Shown: positions 1 to 9,854 of the stretch, piece after piece
Position numbering within the stretch: the first letter of the stretch is position 1
Layout of the letters: every line of letters begins with the position of its first letter
Source of the DNA: a virus
Lineage: Duplodnaviria > Caudoviricetes
Strand: one strand, 5' to 3'
Virus record (IMG/VR): IMGVR_UViG_3300048579_000179
Location: 1 to 29,277 of that record
Length of the DNA stretch: 29,277 bases
Translations under genes and position numbers: made by a program
Notes under the pieces: model-generated
Told to the model about the DNA's origin: nothing
Database searches by the model: none
What the model saw: the letters and a program-made list of their open reading frames with translations, nothing else

Positions 1-2
1 AT

Positions 3-803
3 ATCCCTGATCTTGCCTACGAGTTAGCACAACGCTTTTGGCCTGGCCCATTGACATTTGTCTTGCAGCGAAACCCAAAGGTTCCTTCGAATGTCTCTGC
101 AGGAATGCCCACTGTTGCAGTGAGAATGCCGTCACACCCTGTAGCAGTGGCGCTGCTTAGGAAGGTTGATTTGCCTGTCGCCGCACCGAGTGCCAATCGA
201 TTTGCCCGTCCCAGCGCGACCACTGCTGCCCATGTTTTGGAAGACCTAGGTGGACGCATTGATCTCATCCTAGATGGGGGTGCTGCGGTCATCGGTGTCG
301 AATCAACTATTCTTGATCTCACCTCCGTTCACCCCGTTATCTTACGTCCGGGCGGTATCACGGTCGAAAGTTTGCGAAACCTAATACCTGAATTAACAGT
401 TGTATCGAAGCACTTGCGGGAAGATGAGCAAGGTATTATCGCACCCGGCATGCTTTACAAACATTACTCGCCTCGGGCTAAGCTGCTGCTTTTCGACGGT
501 GCCGCGGAAAAACTGCTTCCTGCCATGCATGAAAACGCCGCAGATGAAATCCGACAGGGCAAGAAAGTTGGTCTGCTGCTGCCTCAGTACGAGCAATCAA
601 TGTTTGCCAATTTGGCTGTTGAAACCGTGAATCTCGGCGTATCCGAGGACGAAATTAGCCACAACCTATTTGATGCGATGCGTTCGCTTGACCAAGCCCA
701 AGTCGATGTGATGCTCGTTCACACCTTTGGGCGATCAGGACTTGGCCTAGCACTATGGGATCGATTGCTTCGTGCTGCCGAGGGTCATGTGATTGAAGTT
801 TGA
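3..803 (+). CDS. sua5: L-threonylcarbamoyladenylate synthase, Sua5-type (5'-partial, host gene)
   Basis: Frame is open from base 3 (IPDLAYELAQRFWPGPLT). It carries the TsaC/Sua5 motifs FWPGPLT, AVRMP, AAPSAN, GVESTI and LRPGG, the linker PGMLYKHYSP, and a C-terminal SUA5 domain ending DRLLRAA. Confidence 0.95.
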   Translation: MPDLAYELAQRFWPGPLTFVLQRNPKVPSNVSAGMPTVAVRMPSHPVAVALLRKVDLPVAAPSANRFARPSATTAAHVLEDLGGRIDLILDGGAAVIGVESTILDLTSVHPVILRPGGITVESLRNLIPELTVVSKHLREDEQGIIAPGMLYKHYSPRAKLLLFDGAAEKLLPAMHENAADEIRQGKKVGLLLPQYEQSMFANLAVETVNLGVSEDEISHNLFDAMRSLDQAQVDVMLVHTFGRSGLGLALWDRLLRAAEGHVIEV

Positions 804-824
804 ACCAAGCGGAGAGATGCTCAG

Positions 825-1058
825 ATGGACAATGAGACGCTTAAGAACTACGCGCTGGACAAAATAGCGACCACATCCGATTTCCCTTTTGACAACGAGA
901 CGCTAGTTTTACGCGTCAAGAACAAGATTTTCGCGCTCATTCCCCTTAACGCCGAACCGCAGCGCATAAACCTCAAATGTGATCCGGACTGGGCTGAAAT
1001 CCTGCGCCAAACTTACAGCGCAGTCACGCCCGGATACCACATGAATAAGCCGGACTAA
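825..1058 (+). pseudogene. MmcQ/YjbR family protein, 3'-truncated at the prophage junction
   Basis: DFPF, KIFAL, INLKCDP and PGYHMNK are YjbR family motifs. The usual continuation (xHWNT plus ~40 aa) is replaced by PD-stop, 18 bp from the stop of the last phage gene. Confidence 0.85.
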
Positions 1059-1076
1059 GTACCACACCATCACACC

Positions 1077-2564
1077 TTACGGCTTATCCACCACCTGAAT
1101 ATCCCGTGTGGGATAGACCGCAAAAGCCGCCCGCTGAAGGAAAGCATTGAAGGCCGTCCACATGGCAGCGCTGGCCGCTTTCTGTTCTGCCGTGCCCTGA
1201 TAGTCGATGACCACCTGCCACTTCACCACATCCGGCTGTGGATTCAGAATCACCGGCTGCACATCCAGATACGCGTTGAATGACCATCCCTTGACCGTGC
1301 CCACCACCACCGGCAGCCACACGCCCAGCCGGTCGCCGATGGTCTGCTGCACCCGCTCGTTAGGCCGTAAATCTGCCGCATCAATCAATTTCAAGATACA
1401 GGGCAGCGGCGAAATAGTGGTCAGCATGTCGGCATTCTGGGACGGTTTGGCCCGCACGGTGGTGGCACCGTCGGTTGCTCGCACCATGTAAGGCTTGGCA
1501 CGGCTGTCGAAGTCGGCAGGGAAGGCAGGCAGCGCCGGTGCAGGGATGACCACTTCAACCGACTTTTCCAGCAGCTTGTGAAACTCATCCGCCTCGCTCA
1601 TATCGAACTCGTTCCACTGGAAGTTGCCGGATAGCGTGAACAGCAGCCACCCTTCAATATTTGGGAAGTGGTCATAAACAGCGGTCTTAAGATACTGCAC
1701 GTTCTCGAAGTACGCTTGCTGATGGCTACGACCGGGCAGCAGCTTCGCCCACAGCGCACCTAAGCTTTTCCACGCGCGGTGCTGGCCGTATCCGTCGCTT
1801 ATTGGGAACTTCTTCACCCACAGCGCCATGTCGGCAAGTGCATCTGCGCCGTGTTCGGTGATGACGATGCGCGGCGGTTGATAGCCGAAACTGCGAGCCG
1901 CGTCATTGACCACCTTGAAGCGGCCACAGTGCCACAGCGTGCCGATGTTGCTGGCATCTTCCGGCCAGTTGCGCCGGTCTTCATAGTTCGGATGCAGGTT
2001 GGTACGCCCATCCGTCCATGAGCCATCGGGAAAGCCACCGATAAAGCCGCTGGGTGCGATCCCGCAGAAGTATTCGTGCAGCCCTAAAACAAACTGGTCG
2101 CGATGCTCATCCAGCAGTTGGAAGAATTCGCGCATCTCAGGCCGTTTCCATTCATTGATGTCTGATGGCGTGCCGACGGCGACGTTACAGATGACGAGCT
2201 TCACCATCTTCAAATTACGCTGGACAATCAGCTTCATCAGGTCGATGTGCCACTTGGCTGCAATGCCTGCCTCGTTGCCAGTGTGCAAATAGAGGTTGCC
2301 CAGCGTGATGCCCAGTTCCACCAACCGCGCCTCGAGCCATGCTGCCGGAGTCATCGAATAGGCGTTTTCATCGCCCTGCGTCAGTGCCCAATTACGGATA
2401 GCAATGTTGGTGTTCTGGAATCGTCGCCCGTAATCTCGCGCCAGATCATCATTGTCCATCACCAGCAGCCAGCGCGGGTTAATCGCCTCAAAATGCTTCT
2501 CTAACTCGCCCTGATGCGGAAAGTTAGCCCCGTTGATGTTGTAACCTGTTTTGGATTGAGTCAT
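1077..2564 (-). CDS. Putative endolysin: clan GH-A-like glycoside hydrolase with C-terminal SH3b-like domain
   Basis: TIM-barrel-type motifs HTGNEAG (acid/base NE), LGLHEY and IVITEHG (nucleophile E). A Pro linker precedes an SH3b-like segment (VRAKPS...WLPVVVGTVKGW). It is the last gene of the operon, after membrane proteins. Confidence 0.6.
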   Translation of the reverse strand: MTQSKTGYNINGANFPHQGELEKHFEAINPRWLLVMDNDDLARDYGRRFQNTNIAIRNWALTQGDENAYSMTPAAWLEARLVELGITLGNLYLHTGNEAGIAAKWHIDLMKLIVQRNLKMVKLVICNVAVGTPSDINEWKRPEMREFFQLLDEHRDQFVLGLHEYFCGIAPSGFIGGFPDGSWTDGRTNLHPNYEDRRNWPEDASNIGTLWHCGRFKVVNDAARSFGYQPPRIVITEHGADALADMALWVKKFPISDGYGQHRAWKSLGALWAKLLPGRSHQQAYFENVQYLKTAVYDHFPNIEGWLLFTLSGNFQWNEFDMSEADEFHKLLEKSVEVVIPAPALPAFPADFDSRAKPYMVRATDGATTVRAKPSQNADMLTTISPLPCILKLIDAADLRPNERVQQTIGDRLGVWLPVVVGTVKGWSFNAYLDVQPVILNPQPDVVKWQVVIDYQGTAEQKAASAAMWTAFNAFLQRAAFAVYPTRDIQVVDKP

Positions 2565-2839
2565 GCTTTTTCAATCCAGTGCCATGTGCCGGGTTCTTTG
2601 TTTTCACTGTAGCAAACCGATGTCCGCCACCATAATCCGCGCCGCACCTCTTCATCGCGCTTCTCATCACGCGGCCCATCAAGATGCCATAAATCGTTGG
2701 CACCATCCGTAAAAACCATCAGGTTGACGTACCCCTCGCAGGGATTGTTCGTGTTCCAGTTATTCACAACAATAGCGGGACGATGCACATCTTCTTTAAT
2801 GACAAAATGAACAATACGCCCTTCAGTCAATCCGTCCAT
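2561..2839 (-). CDS. Phage hypothetical protein (GRIVHF...PAIV...VNLxVF...GTWHW type)
   Basis: 92 aa with an AAAGGA RBS; its stop overlaps the lysin start (ATGA). Confidence 0.8.
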   Translation of the reverse strand: MDGLTEGRIVHFVIKEDVHRPAIVVNNWNTNNPCEGYVNLMVFTDGANDLWHLDGPRDEKRDEEVRRGLWWRTSVCYSENKEPGTWHWIEKA

Positions 2840-2857
2840 GAGTCCGTTCCTTTATCT

Positions 2858-2884
2858 AAAAACGCCGCCTCAATGGACGGCGTT
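2858..2884 (-). terminator. Intrinsic terminator upstream of the 92-aa gene and lysin
   Basis: Minus strand AACGCCGTC-cattga-GGCGGCGTT-TTT. Confidence 0.6.
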
Positions 2885-2918
2885 CGGTGTCAAAATAGGA
2901 TGCAAAATAGGTTGGGAA

Positions 2919-3422
2919 TTAGGGTCGCTGATAGCCCCAGATGGGCGTGTTGTGTTCCCGTGCAGCCAGATACAGCTTTGCCGAACCAATCAGGACGGCC
3001 ACCAGCGGCGTTGCCGTGACCAGAATCGGCGTGATAATCGCGGCCAACCCCTGCGCCTGTGTCCCTAAGCCGAACTTAATCGCCAGCGCGTAGCCAATCC
3101 ACACGACCACCGATGTGACATTTTTCAGGGTGTCGGCGGATGCGACCGATGCCGGAATAAGCACCTTTTCCAGATTGACCAGCGCCGTGACAAAAAGTGT
3201 GCCAGCAATCGACGCCGCCCCGGTAAACAAAGTTGCCCAGACCATGCGCAGGATGTCTTCCGGTGATTCAGTGGTGACAGGTAGTGCCGGTTCAGTCGGA
3301 TCCGTCACTGTGACGTCCGTGCCGGTCCCGCTCGTGCCGGTGTCCTGCGCGTGCAGGCTCACAATGCCCATCAGCAGCACCCCGATGACTATCAATCCAA
3401 TCAGTAAACTTCGCAGTCTCAT
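2919..3422 (-). CDS. Holin-like multi-pass membrane protein
   Basis: Start reassigned to ATG 3422 (AAAGGA RBS). Signal-like N-terminus ending HAQD, a Thr/Gly/Asp linker and about 3 hydrophobic helices; located in the lysis module. Confidence 0.6.
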   Translation of the reverse strand: MRLRSLLIGLIVIGVLLMGIVSLHAQDTGTSGTGTDVTVTDPTEPALPVTTESPEDILRMVWATLFTGAASIAGTLFVTALVNLEKVLIPASVASADTLKNVTSVVVWIGYALAIKFGLGTQAQGLAAIITPILVTATPLVAVLIGSAKLYLAAREHNTPIWGYQRP

Positions 3423-3499
3423 CTGACGTTCCTTTCTTGGCAATTACTTGCCTGACCTCAATAAATGGTGTCAACAGACTGGCATGTCGCCAATCCGTG

Positions 3500-4132
3500 T
3501 TATTCTTTGACGACAAACGGTTCAATTTTGGGCGACGATTCAACCGCCGCTGTCGGTGGCGGCGATGCTCGCAAGGCCAGCATCAACACTTCATTGTTAT
3601 TGGTAATCGACTGCCGTGTTTCTTCATGTAAGACTCTCGCCTCACTTAGAATAGCCCCCACGACACGGGCGATGGTTTCCTGCCCCTGTACAATCTGGCT
3701 ATTAACCGACGCCAGCAGCTTGTCATTGGAGTAAATTTCGTCTTCCGCCCGCTTTTCGTCCATCGCACGAATACGGTCCACCAGCATATTGGTCGTCTTG
3801 ACATGTGCTTCAGAGTTGGCCTGCGCCGCCGTAGAATAGTTGGCCGAACTTTCGCGCATCGCCGTGGCAATATCGGTCATCGAATCGGCCAGCCGGTCAA
3901 TCTTGTTAATGGCGTTGGTCGCCATGTCCAATGTCTTCGTTTCGTGCTCATTGCCGGATTTGCTGGCTTCATTCAGCATTTTCCGGCTTTCACTGAGTTC
4001 CTTCAGCCACGCGCGGGTGGTCAGCAGGAACACAATCAAGGCCACGCCCAACATCACCGTTTCCGGCTTGTCACGGACGCCGTTTAAGACAAATTCAAAG
4101 AAATTGATTTCGGCAAAAATCCAAGTGTGCAT
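3500..4132 (-). CDS. Membrane-anchored coiled-coil protein (lysis module, holin/antiholin-like)
   Basis: GGAGG RBS, one TM segment (VMLGVALIVFLL), then a long helical domain. Confidence 0.55.
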   Translation of the reverse strand: MHTWIFAEINFFEFVLNGVRDKPETVMLGVALIVFLLTTRAWLKELSESRKMLNEASKSGNEHETKTLDMATNAINKIDRLADSMTDIATAMRESSANYSTAAQANSEAHVKTTNMLVDRIRAMDEKRAEDEIYSNDKLLASVNSQIVQGQETIARVVGAILSEARVLHEETRQSITNNNEVLMLALRASPPPTAAVESSPKIEPFVVKE

Positions 4133-4144
4133 ATGGGTTTCCTC

Positions 4145-5317
4145 CTAAGTGACAATCTGTCGGGGTGCAGCGCCAAAATCCACACCCACCGGTAAAAAAC
4201 CCTGATTCAGCCGGAACGCGGCACGGGCGGTCGTATCGTCCGCACCAAACCAGCGCACGGTCTGCGAATTGGCGTCATAGTCAATCTTCTGGATATAAAC
4301 GACCGTCGGGTCAGTCTGAAGGCTGCCATTAAAGGGCAGCAGCGCATCCGTGACGCGGATGGCACGGTCAGGCACCACAAGGTAAGGCGCAACCGGCTTG
4401 CCAAACACGCTGCGCGGCTTCAGCATATTGGCCTTCAGCGCCGTGTATTCCACCGTCAGATTGGCCTGCCGGTAGTAAAACAGCCGCTTGCCGGTATTGG
4501 GATTGGTCGGCAGCACGCCGCAAATCCAGTAGTTACTGCCGTCACCGGCTTCTGCCGTTTTAAGCAGATGTTCCCAGAACGATGACCCTCTGTCCTGCTG
4601 GGCAACGGTGGCTGTGTTGGCGCTAATCTTGGTGGCGTTGGTGTTGTCATAAAAGGTTGCGCCGTTCGGGTCCACACCGATGATGCCCGCCGTATCCGTG
4701 CCGAACTGGCTGGTGGCTGCCGTCAAGCCGGTGAAATATTTCGTCCATTCCAGCGTGTGATAGATGCCCAGCAGTTCGAAGTGGACGATATTGGCATTGC
4801 CCTGTGCCTGACCGATAGCCCGCTGCGGGTACGCCTGCTGCGCCAGAATGGTATCCCGCAGCACCGTCGGCTGTGTCGATGCCGATGGATTCGCGCCGAG
4901 GTCAAGCTGCGTCTGCTTAATACCGTAAATGGCCTGTGACGTGGTGTTGTTGACCACCGCCGTCTGGGTCATGGCGTTGGCCGCGCCGGTGTAGATAACA
5001 CTCACCCGGTTGGACATCTCATCCAGACTGATGGTGTACGCGATCCCGCCCGAATTGAAGGTGATGCGGTTGATGAACCCTTCCCAGATGGGCAGCACCG
5101 CATTATCGACGTAAATGGCGACGAAACAGCCCAAATAATTTTCGAGGACGTACTGCCCCTCGCTGTCCGACTTGACCGCGATGTCGCCGCCGGCAGTGTC
5201 AAACCAGCCCTGATTGCAAATCGAGTGCTGGTAGTTGTAAATGGCGTAGCGGTTTAAGAAGCCGCTGCCCTGTTTCGGACGCTGGTAGATGTGAATATGG
5301 TGTCGCAGGTAGCTCAT
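4145..5317 (-). CDS. Tail tip/baseplate hub-like protein
   Basis: Second gene after the tape measure; IWEGFINRI and SQAIYGIKQ segments resemble hub proteins. Call is mainly from synteny. Confidence 0.6.
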   Translation of the reverse strand: MSYLRHHIHIYQRPKQGSGFLNRYAIYNYQHSICNQGWFDTAGGDIAVKSDSEGQYVLENYLGCFVAIYVDNAVLPIWEGFINRITFNSGGIAYTISLDEMSNRVSVIYTGAANAMTQTAVVNNTTSQAIYGIKQTQLDLGANPSASTQPTVLRDTILAQQAYPQRAIGQAQGNANIVHFELLGIYHTLEWTKYFTGLTAATSQFGTDTAGIIGVDPNGATFYDNTNATKISANTATVAQQDRGSSFWEHLLKTAEAGDGSNYWICGVLPTNPNTGKRLFYYRQANLTVEYTALKANMLKPRSVFGKPVAPYLVVPDRAIRVTDALLPFNGSLQTDPTVVYIQKIDYDANSQTVRWFGADDTTARAAFRLNQGFLPVGVDFGAAPRQIVT

Positions 5318-5320
5318 AAA

Positions 5321-7081
5321 TCACACATCCCGAATTCCGGCCCATCGGGGCACAATATTCATCCGGACGGTGAAGTTGTCCATCAGGCCGCGCCGGGTTC
5401 CGCCTGAGAGGAAGAAACTGTTGATGAAATACAAACGCTGCGCTGTGTTGGGCTTCAGGGTAATGCCTTGCCCGCGTGCTTCATTAGCGATGCCGCCGGT
5501 CGTAATATAGGCGTCGGAAAAATTACGTAGGAAGCTAAAAGCCACCTGCCGACCTTCGCCGCGTGTCATGTAGCCGGTGTTGTCACAAATCAGGGACATC
5601 TGCGTGGTGATTGCGATGGAATTTTGAACGACCGACATCAGCCCTTCGTCAATCGGCATCAGCACGAGGTCAATCAGCGTGAAGGTGCGGTTGGCCGTCG
5701 CCACATCCACCCGCTGCTGCAAGGTGAACATGACATTGCTGGATACTTCCTGTATTTGTCTTCCGTACCCCAAACCTGATGACACCGAACGCTCCGAAAG
5801 CGGAAGGGTGAACATGCCCAGATACGTCAAATCAAAGTCGCTATTGCTTCCCAGTAGTGGAACTTGCACCTCTGGAAGAAAAACATAAGCCATATTGTTA
5901 GACGGATCGGCACCTTCACCGATTTGCAGGCGCATCCGCATGTCCGTGACCACCGGTGAAACGGCGCTGGTGTTAAAGGCCCGCGCGAAAACAGCAAATG
6001 TGCCACGATAAATTTCTTTATCCGGACGGATGACTGCTGCAAAGGCTGTTGTCCCGCCCCACATTGCCGAGGTCGTCCAGTCAGGGTCAATGCCCGTGAC
6101 CGTCCGCACGCCGTTGTAATAATTCACCGCGCTGTTATTGCTCTTGACGCCTGTTTCGCTGGTCACTACCGTTTTGACGATATTGCCCGCGCCGTTGCTG
6201 TCACCGGCATTCAAGATGAGCGCCTGCGCCCGTGTCACCCCATCATGGCCGGTCGCTGTAAACGGCTTGGTGGTGTGGCCGATGTACGACGTAATAATGT
6301 TGATTTCCGTGGACGACGGTTCAATCCCGATTTCAACCAGTGCAGGCGCGTCACCGGGCACCTGTGAAGCCGCGATGTCAATATAATTTTTGGAAATGGC
6401 CGTAAGCTGGAGTCCAGCCGCCGCTGGTGTCCACTCGTGTTTGTTTTGCAGGGTCGCTACGATTAAGTGATCCGTCCCGCTCAACAGCGACGCGCCGTTC
6501 TTATTAAACTGTGGATGCGCGGAATTGACGTAATAACTCCACATATTGGGGTTAGCACCCGGTGGAATGCCGCGCCAGTAGGGTTCCCGCTCCAAAGACA
6601 GCGATACCCGCATCGTCGGGCTGGGAGCGTCCAAGTATTCCGGCGACACCTCAATGTTGTACAGCAGCGCATACTGTGGGCCTGCGCCGCATCCCGCTTC
6701 CCATGTCAGGTAGACCGGTTCAATCTGGTATTCGGTTTGCCAGTAATCGCGGCAGTCGTTCGCCATCTGGTTTAGGCTGCTCAGTGCCCGCATCACGTCC
6801 AGATAAGCCGTCGCCGCCACCAGCACCGTGATTTTCTCAGTAACGTTGCCCACGGCAGCCGCCAGCAGTTCACGGCCATCGTTGAGCGGGCTGTCGGCCC
6901 AGATGCCGCCGTTCTTAACCTGCGCCACTTCCGGATTCCAGCCCTGACTGTCGAGCGTAATCAATCCTGACATCAGGCTGATGACCACCGGGTCGCTTTC
7001 CGCGCTCAAACTGTCACCGGCGGTCTTGCCGATGCCCTTGACCAGTAGAAGCTGCTTATGATTCAGCCATCCGGATGCCAT
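5321..7081 (-). CDS. Distal tail (Dit-like) protein with a large inserted beta-rich domain
   Basis: Directly follows the tape measure; LEREPYWRG and terminal IVPRW resemble Dit motifs; 586 aa. Confidence 0.6.
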   Translation of the reverse strand: MASGWLNHKQLLLVKGIGKTAGDSLSAESDPVVISLMSGLITLDSQGWNPEVAQVKNGGIWADSPLNDGRELLAAAVGNVTEKITVLVAATAYLDVMRALSSLNQMANDCRDYWQTEYQIEPVYLTWEAGCGAGPQYALLYNIEVSPEYLDAPSPTMRVSLSLEREPYWRGIPPGANPNMWSYYVNSAHPQFNKNGASLLSGTDHLIVATLQNKHEWTPAAAGLQLTAISKNYIDIAASQVPGDAPALVEIGIEPSSTEINIITSYIGHTTKPFTATGHDGVTRAQALILNAGDSNGAGNIVKTVVTSETGVKSNNSAVNYYNGVRTVTGIDPDWTTSAMWGGTTAFAAVIRPDKEIYRGTFAVFARAFNTSAVSPVVTDMRMRLQIGEGADPSNNMAYVFLPEVQVPLLGSNSDFDLTYLGMFTLPLSERSVSSGLGYGRQIQEVSSNVMFTLQQRVDVATANRTFTLIDLVLMPIDEGLMSVVQNSIAITTQMSLICDNTGYMTRGEGRQVAFSFLRNFSDAYITTGGIANEARGQGITLKPNTAQRLYFINSFFLSGGTRRGLMDNFTVRMNIVPRWAGIRDV

Positions 7082-7082
7082 A

Positions 7083-9854
7083 TCATTGTCCTCTCAAGGT
7101 AGCCGCTTGGCTGAAACCCAGCCGGTCGGCCACCGCTTCGTTCGGAATATAGTTGGTGTTGTTGATGATGTTGGTGCTGCCGCCGCGTGTGAAGCTGCCA
7201 CCCGGAATATAACCTTGCAGCGCCGCCATAATCGCTTCGGTCGTTTTGTTGTTGAGCACCGCCAGATGCTGATTCGAGGTAATCACTTCACGTCCGGCTT
7301 CACCCGCCATAAAGGTGCCCGTCGTATCCCGCGTGCCTAACGCGTGTTTCTTGGTGGGGGTGTCGCCGCCGTCGCCGGTGGATTGGTTATCCAGTTCGGA
7401 CTGTTTCTGCGCCACTGCCGCGTTTGCACCGGCCAGCTTTTCAGACGTCGCAATCAGGATGCCCATCTTGGTGTTGGCCGCATCCAGTGCCCCCGCCAGC
7501 TTGAAGCCGCTGTCCGTCATGACCGCCATTGAGTTTGCCGCGTCACCCACGGGCGCAGCCGCACCCGATACCGAATCACCTAAGTCGTCCGTGGCGTCCG
7601 CCAAATCTTGCACATCGTCCGCCGCCGTGTCCGCGTACTGCCCGTAAGTCTGCGTCGCATTGCCCACGTCCGTGACCGGCTGTGTGGCCGTGGTGGCCTG
7701 TGTGCCGGTGGTTTCGGTGGCCGTACCCAGCGCCGTGACGCTGGTGGTGGTGATGTCCACACTGCTGGTCGCCTTATCGGATGCCGTAACGGTCAATCCG
7801 GCCTGCTCTTGGAATGAACTAAACGCATCCGTGACCGTGTCGGTCGCCTTCTGTACCGCTTGCGGCGGCGAGGCTTTCAGCAGCGCGTCATTAATCTGCT
7901 GCTGGAGTGCCGCAACCGCTTCCGGTGTAACCACCGGTTCAACGTTCATCGGCGCACCGCTGGCCAGCGTCGGCAGTTTGTTCTGGTCAATCGGCTTTGT
8001 TAAGGTGTCAATCAGTGTCTGCGCTTTGGCAATGGCTTCATCCGAGCCGGTCGCGATGAGTTCGTTAACAGCCTGTCCAACGGCTTTGGTGATGTTGCCC
8101 GGCGTCACCCCGCGCGAAACGGCGGTCTGGATGTCCGCTGCCACATCGTCCGGATTATCAACCTTCAGCTTGAACGTGAGCTGCTGTTCGGCCATGCGGG
8201 CAATGGTCGCGTCCGTGCCTTTCTTGGCTTCCCAGTTAGCCGGTGACATCGATTGAAGTTGGGACACGACTTGCAGGATGCCAATAATGAAATCGCCCAT
8301 CGCGCTTTCGAGACTCAGGAACGTCTGGTCAAGCCCCACCGGCTTCAGTGCGATGGTCAGGGCATCACTCAGCGTGCCGCCTTTTGCCAGCGTGTCGAGT
8401 CCGTCCTGTAGGCCGGTCTTCAGCGCGGCAATCTTGCCCGGTAGGTCGATTTGTTCACTGGATAGGAAGTCTTCAGCCGCTTTCTGCGCCGCCAGCATGA
8501 AGTCGTCAATCGCGCCGTGCAGGCTGTCATCAATCTGGCTGGCCGCGTTGGCCGCTGCACCGGTGACATTCTCAAATACCGCCGCCGCATCTTCCGGTGA
8601 CATCTTCATGAAGGCGCTGAATTCCTTGGCGCCGATTTTGCCGCCGACCAGATTGGCGAACATCTTTTGCTTTTCCGAGTCGGATACCGGCGCTTCCTGA
8701 ATGCTCTTAATCACGCTGGTGAAGAAGTCCGCCGACCATGCCTGTCCCGTTTCCACCGGATTGGCGATGCCCAGCATGTTCAGCGTTTCAGTGACCGAGG
8801 ATTTATCATTGCCCGCCGCTTTGCTGACGTTCTGTTTAATCTTCAGCAGCGTGTTCAGCACGTCCTGCGCACTGGTGAAGCCGTTATCCAGTCCGGTCTT
8901 GATGAAGCCCAGCGCTTCCTGTCCATTCAAACCCATGTCGTGCAGCGCGGTGGAGTTGCGTTTCAGCGTGTCCAGCAAATCGCCACCTTTATTGCCGCCG
9001 TTCTGGAAGGCCGTCACCAGCTCGTCACCGGCTGTCTTAAAATCCGGTGCCAGCTTGTTTTTGACCATCGCGTCCAGTGCGTCCAGCACCTGCTGCGGGT
9101 TCTTATCTTGGAAGGTGTGGGTGAAGGTCAGCGCCGAGCGTACCGCTTCATCAATCGGCACTTTGATTTGTTCGGCCTTCACAATCAGGTCGGCCACTTG
9201 GTCAATACTGTCGCCGAGGTCGTCATAAAAAATGTTTTTGATAAGTTCCCGCGCGTTGGGGATGGCGTCGCCGGTGGTCGCACGAACTTTCGCCACGGCA
9301 TCATCCAGCGCCAGCATCGGGTCAATGGCGAAGCTGCTGAACTTGCCGAACACTTCCAGCGCATTACCGGCGATGTTCCAGACGGTTTCCAGCACCTTCA
9401 AGTTCTTAATCATGTTGACGCTGTCCAGCACCGACTTGGACTGGTCGGTCTGGGCCACATCAACAGTCGTCTCAATGGTTTCGCCGTCGGCGGGCAGTTT
9501 GGCCGCATCGCCTTCCACCTCACCATCCGCCGTGAAGTGAACCGTCTCACCATTCAGCGGTAGGTCGCCAAGGTCGCCTTCCACATCCGCTTCGACCGTA
9601 AAATCGACCGTTTCACCATCCAGCGGCAGGTCTTCAATGCCGTCCACTTCCGCATCAACGGTGATGTCAATCGTTTCGCCGTCGGTCGGCAGCTCAACCT
9701 CAAAGCTGGCCGCATCCACATTGGCGCTGACACTGATTTCCAAGCTGCCGAGGCTATCGAAATAATCCGCCAAGAAAATGGCGTCATTCATGGCTTGGGT
9801 GTAGTCGGCGGTGTCGGCTACCAGTTTGATGCCGGATTCAGGGTAGTTGGTCAT
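7083..9854 (-). CDS. Tail tape measure protein
   Basis: 923 aa, Ala-rich and helical, with N-terminal IKLVADT and C-terminal HALG...MAGEAGREVI motifs; lies downstream of the tail chaperone. Confidence 0.9.
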   Translation of the reverse strand: MTNYPESGIKLVADTADYTQAMNDAIFLADYFDSLGSLEISVSANVDAASFEVELPTDGETIDITVDAEVDGIEDLPLDGETVDFTVEADVEGDLGDLPLNGETVHFTADGEVEGDAAKLPADGETIETTVDVAQTDQSKSVLDSVNMIKNLKVLETVWNIAGNALEVFGKFSSFAIDPMLALDDAVAKVRATTGDAIPNARELIKNIFYDDLGDSIDQVADLIVKAEQIKVPIDEAVRSALTFTHTFQDKNPQQVLDALDAMVKNKLAPDFKTAGDELVTAFQNGGNKGGDLLDTLKRNSTALHDMGLNGQEALGFIKTGLDNGFTSAQDVLNTLLKIKQNVSKAAGNDKSSVTETLNMLGIANPVETGQAWSADFFTSVIKSIQEAPVSDSEKQKMFANLVGGKIGAKEFSAFMKMSPEDAAAVFENVTGAAANAASQIDDSLHGAIDDFMLAAQKAAEDFLSSEQIDLPGKIAALKTGLQDGLDTLAKGGTLSDALTIALKPVGLDQTFLSLESAMGDFIIGILQVVSQLQSMSPANWEAKKGTDATIARMAEQQLTFKLKVDNPDDVAADIQTAVSRGVTPGNITKAVGQAVNELIATGSDEAIAKAQTLIDTLTKPIDQNKLPTLASGAPMNVEPVVTPEAVAALQQQINDALLKASPPQAVQKATDTVTDAFSSFQEQAGLTVTASDKATSSVDITTTSVTALGTATETTGTQATTATQPVTDVGNATQTYGQYADTAADDVQDLADATDDLGDSVSGAAAPVGDAANSMAVMTDSGFKLAGALDAANTKMGILIATSEKLAGANAAVAQKQSELDNQSTGDGGDTPTKKHALGTRDTTGTFMAGEAGREVITSNQHLAVLNNKTTEAIMAALQGYIPGGSFTRGGSTNIINNTNYIPNEAVADRLGFSQAATLRGQ
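9456..9692 (-). repeat. Four tandem ~21-22 aa acidic repeats in the tape measure N-terminus
   Basis: Repeat units begin LPTDGETIDITVDAEV, LPLDGETVDFTVEADV, LPLNGETVHFTADGEV and LPADGETIETTVDV. Confidence 0.85.

Noticed and set aside
3469-3474. TTGACA -35 boxes on the minus strand (also 2888-2893)
   Set aside because: No acceptable -10 at 16-18 bp spacing.
7086-9563. Long plus-strand ORFs (also 15197-15979, 17543-18334, 25321-26133, 27880-29172)
   Set aside because: They are antisense shadows of GC-biased minus-strand genes with no recognisable motifs.
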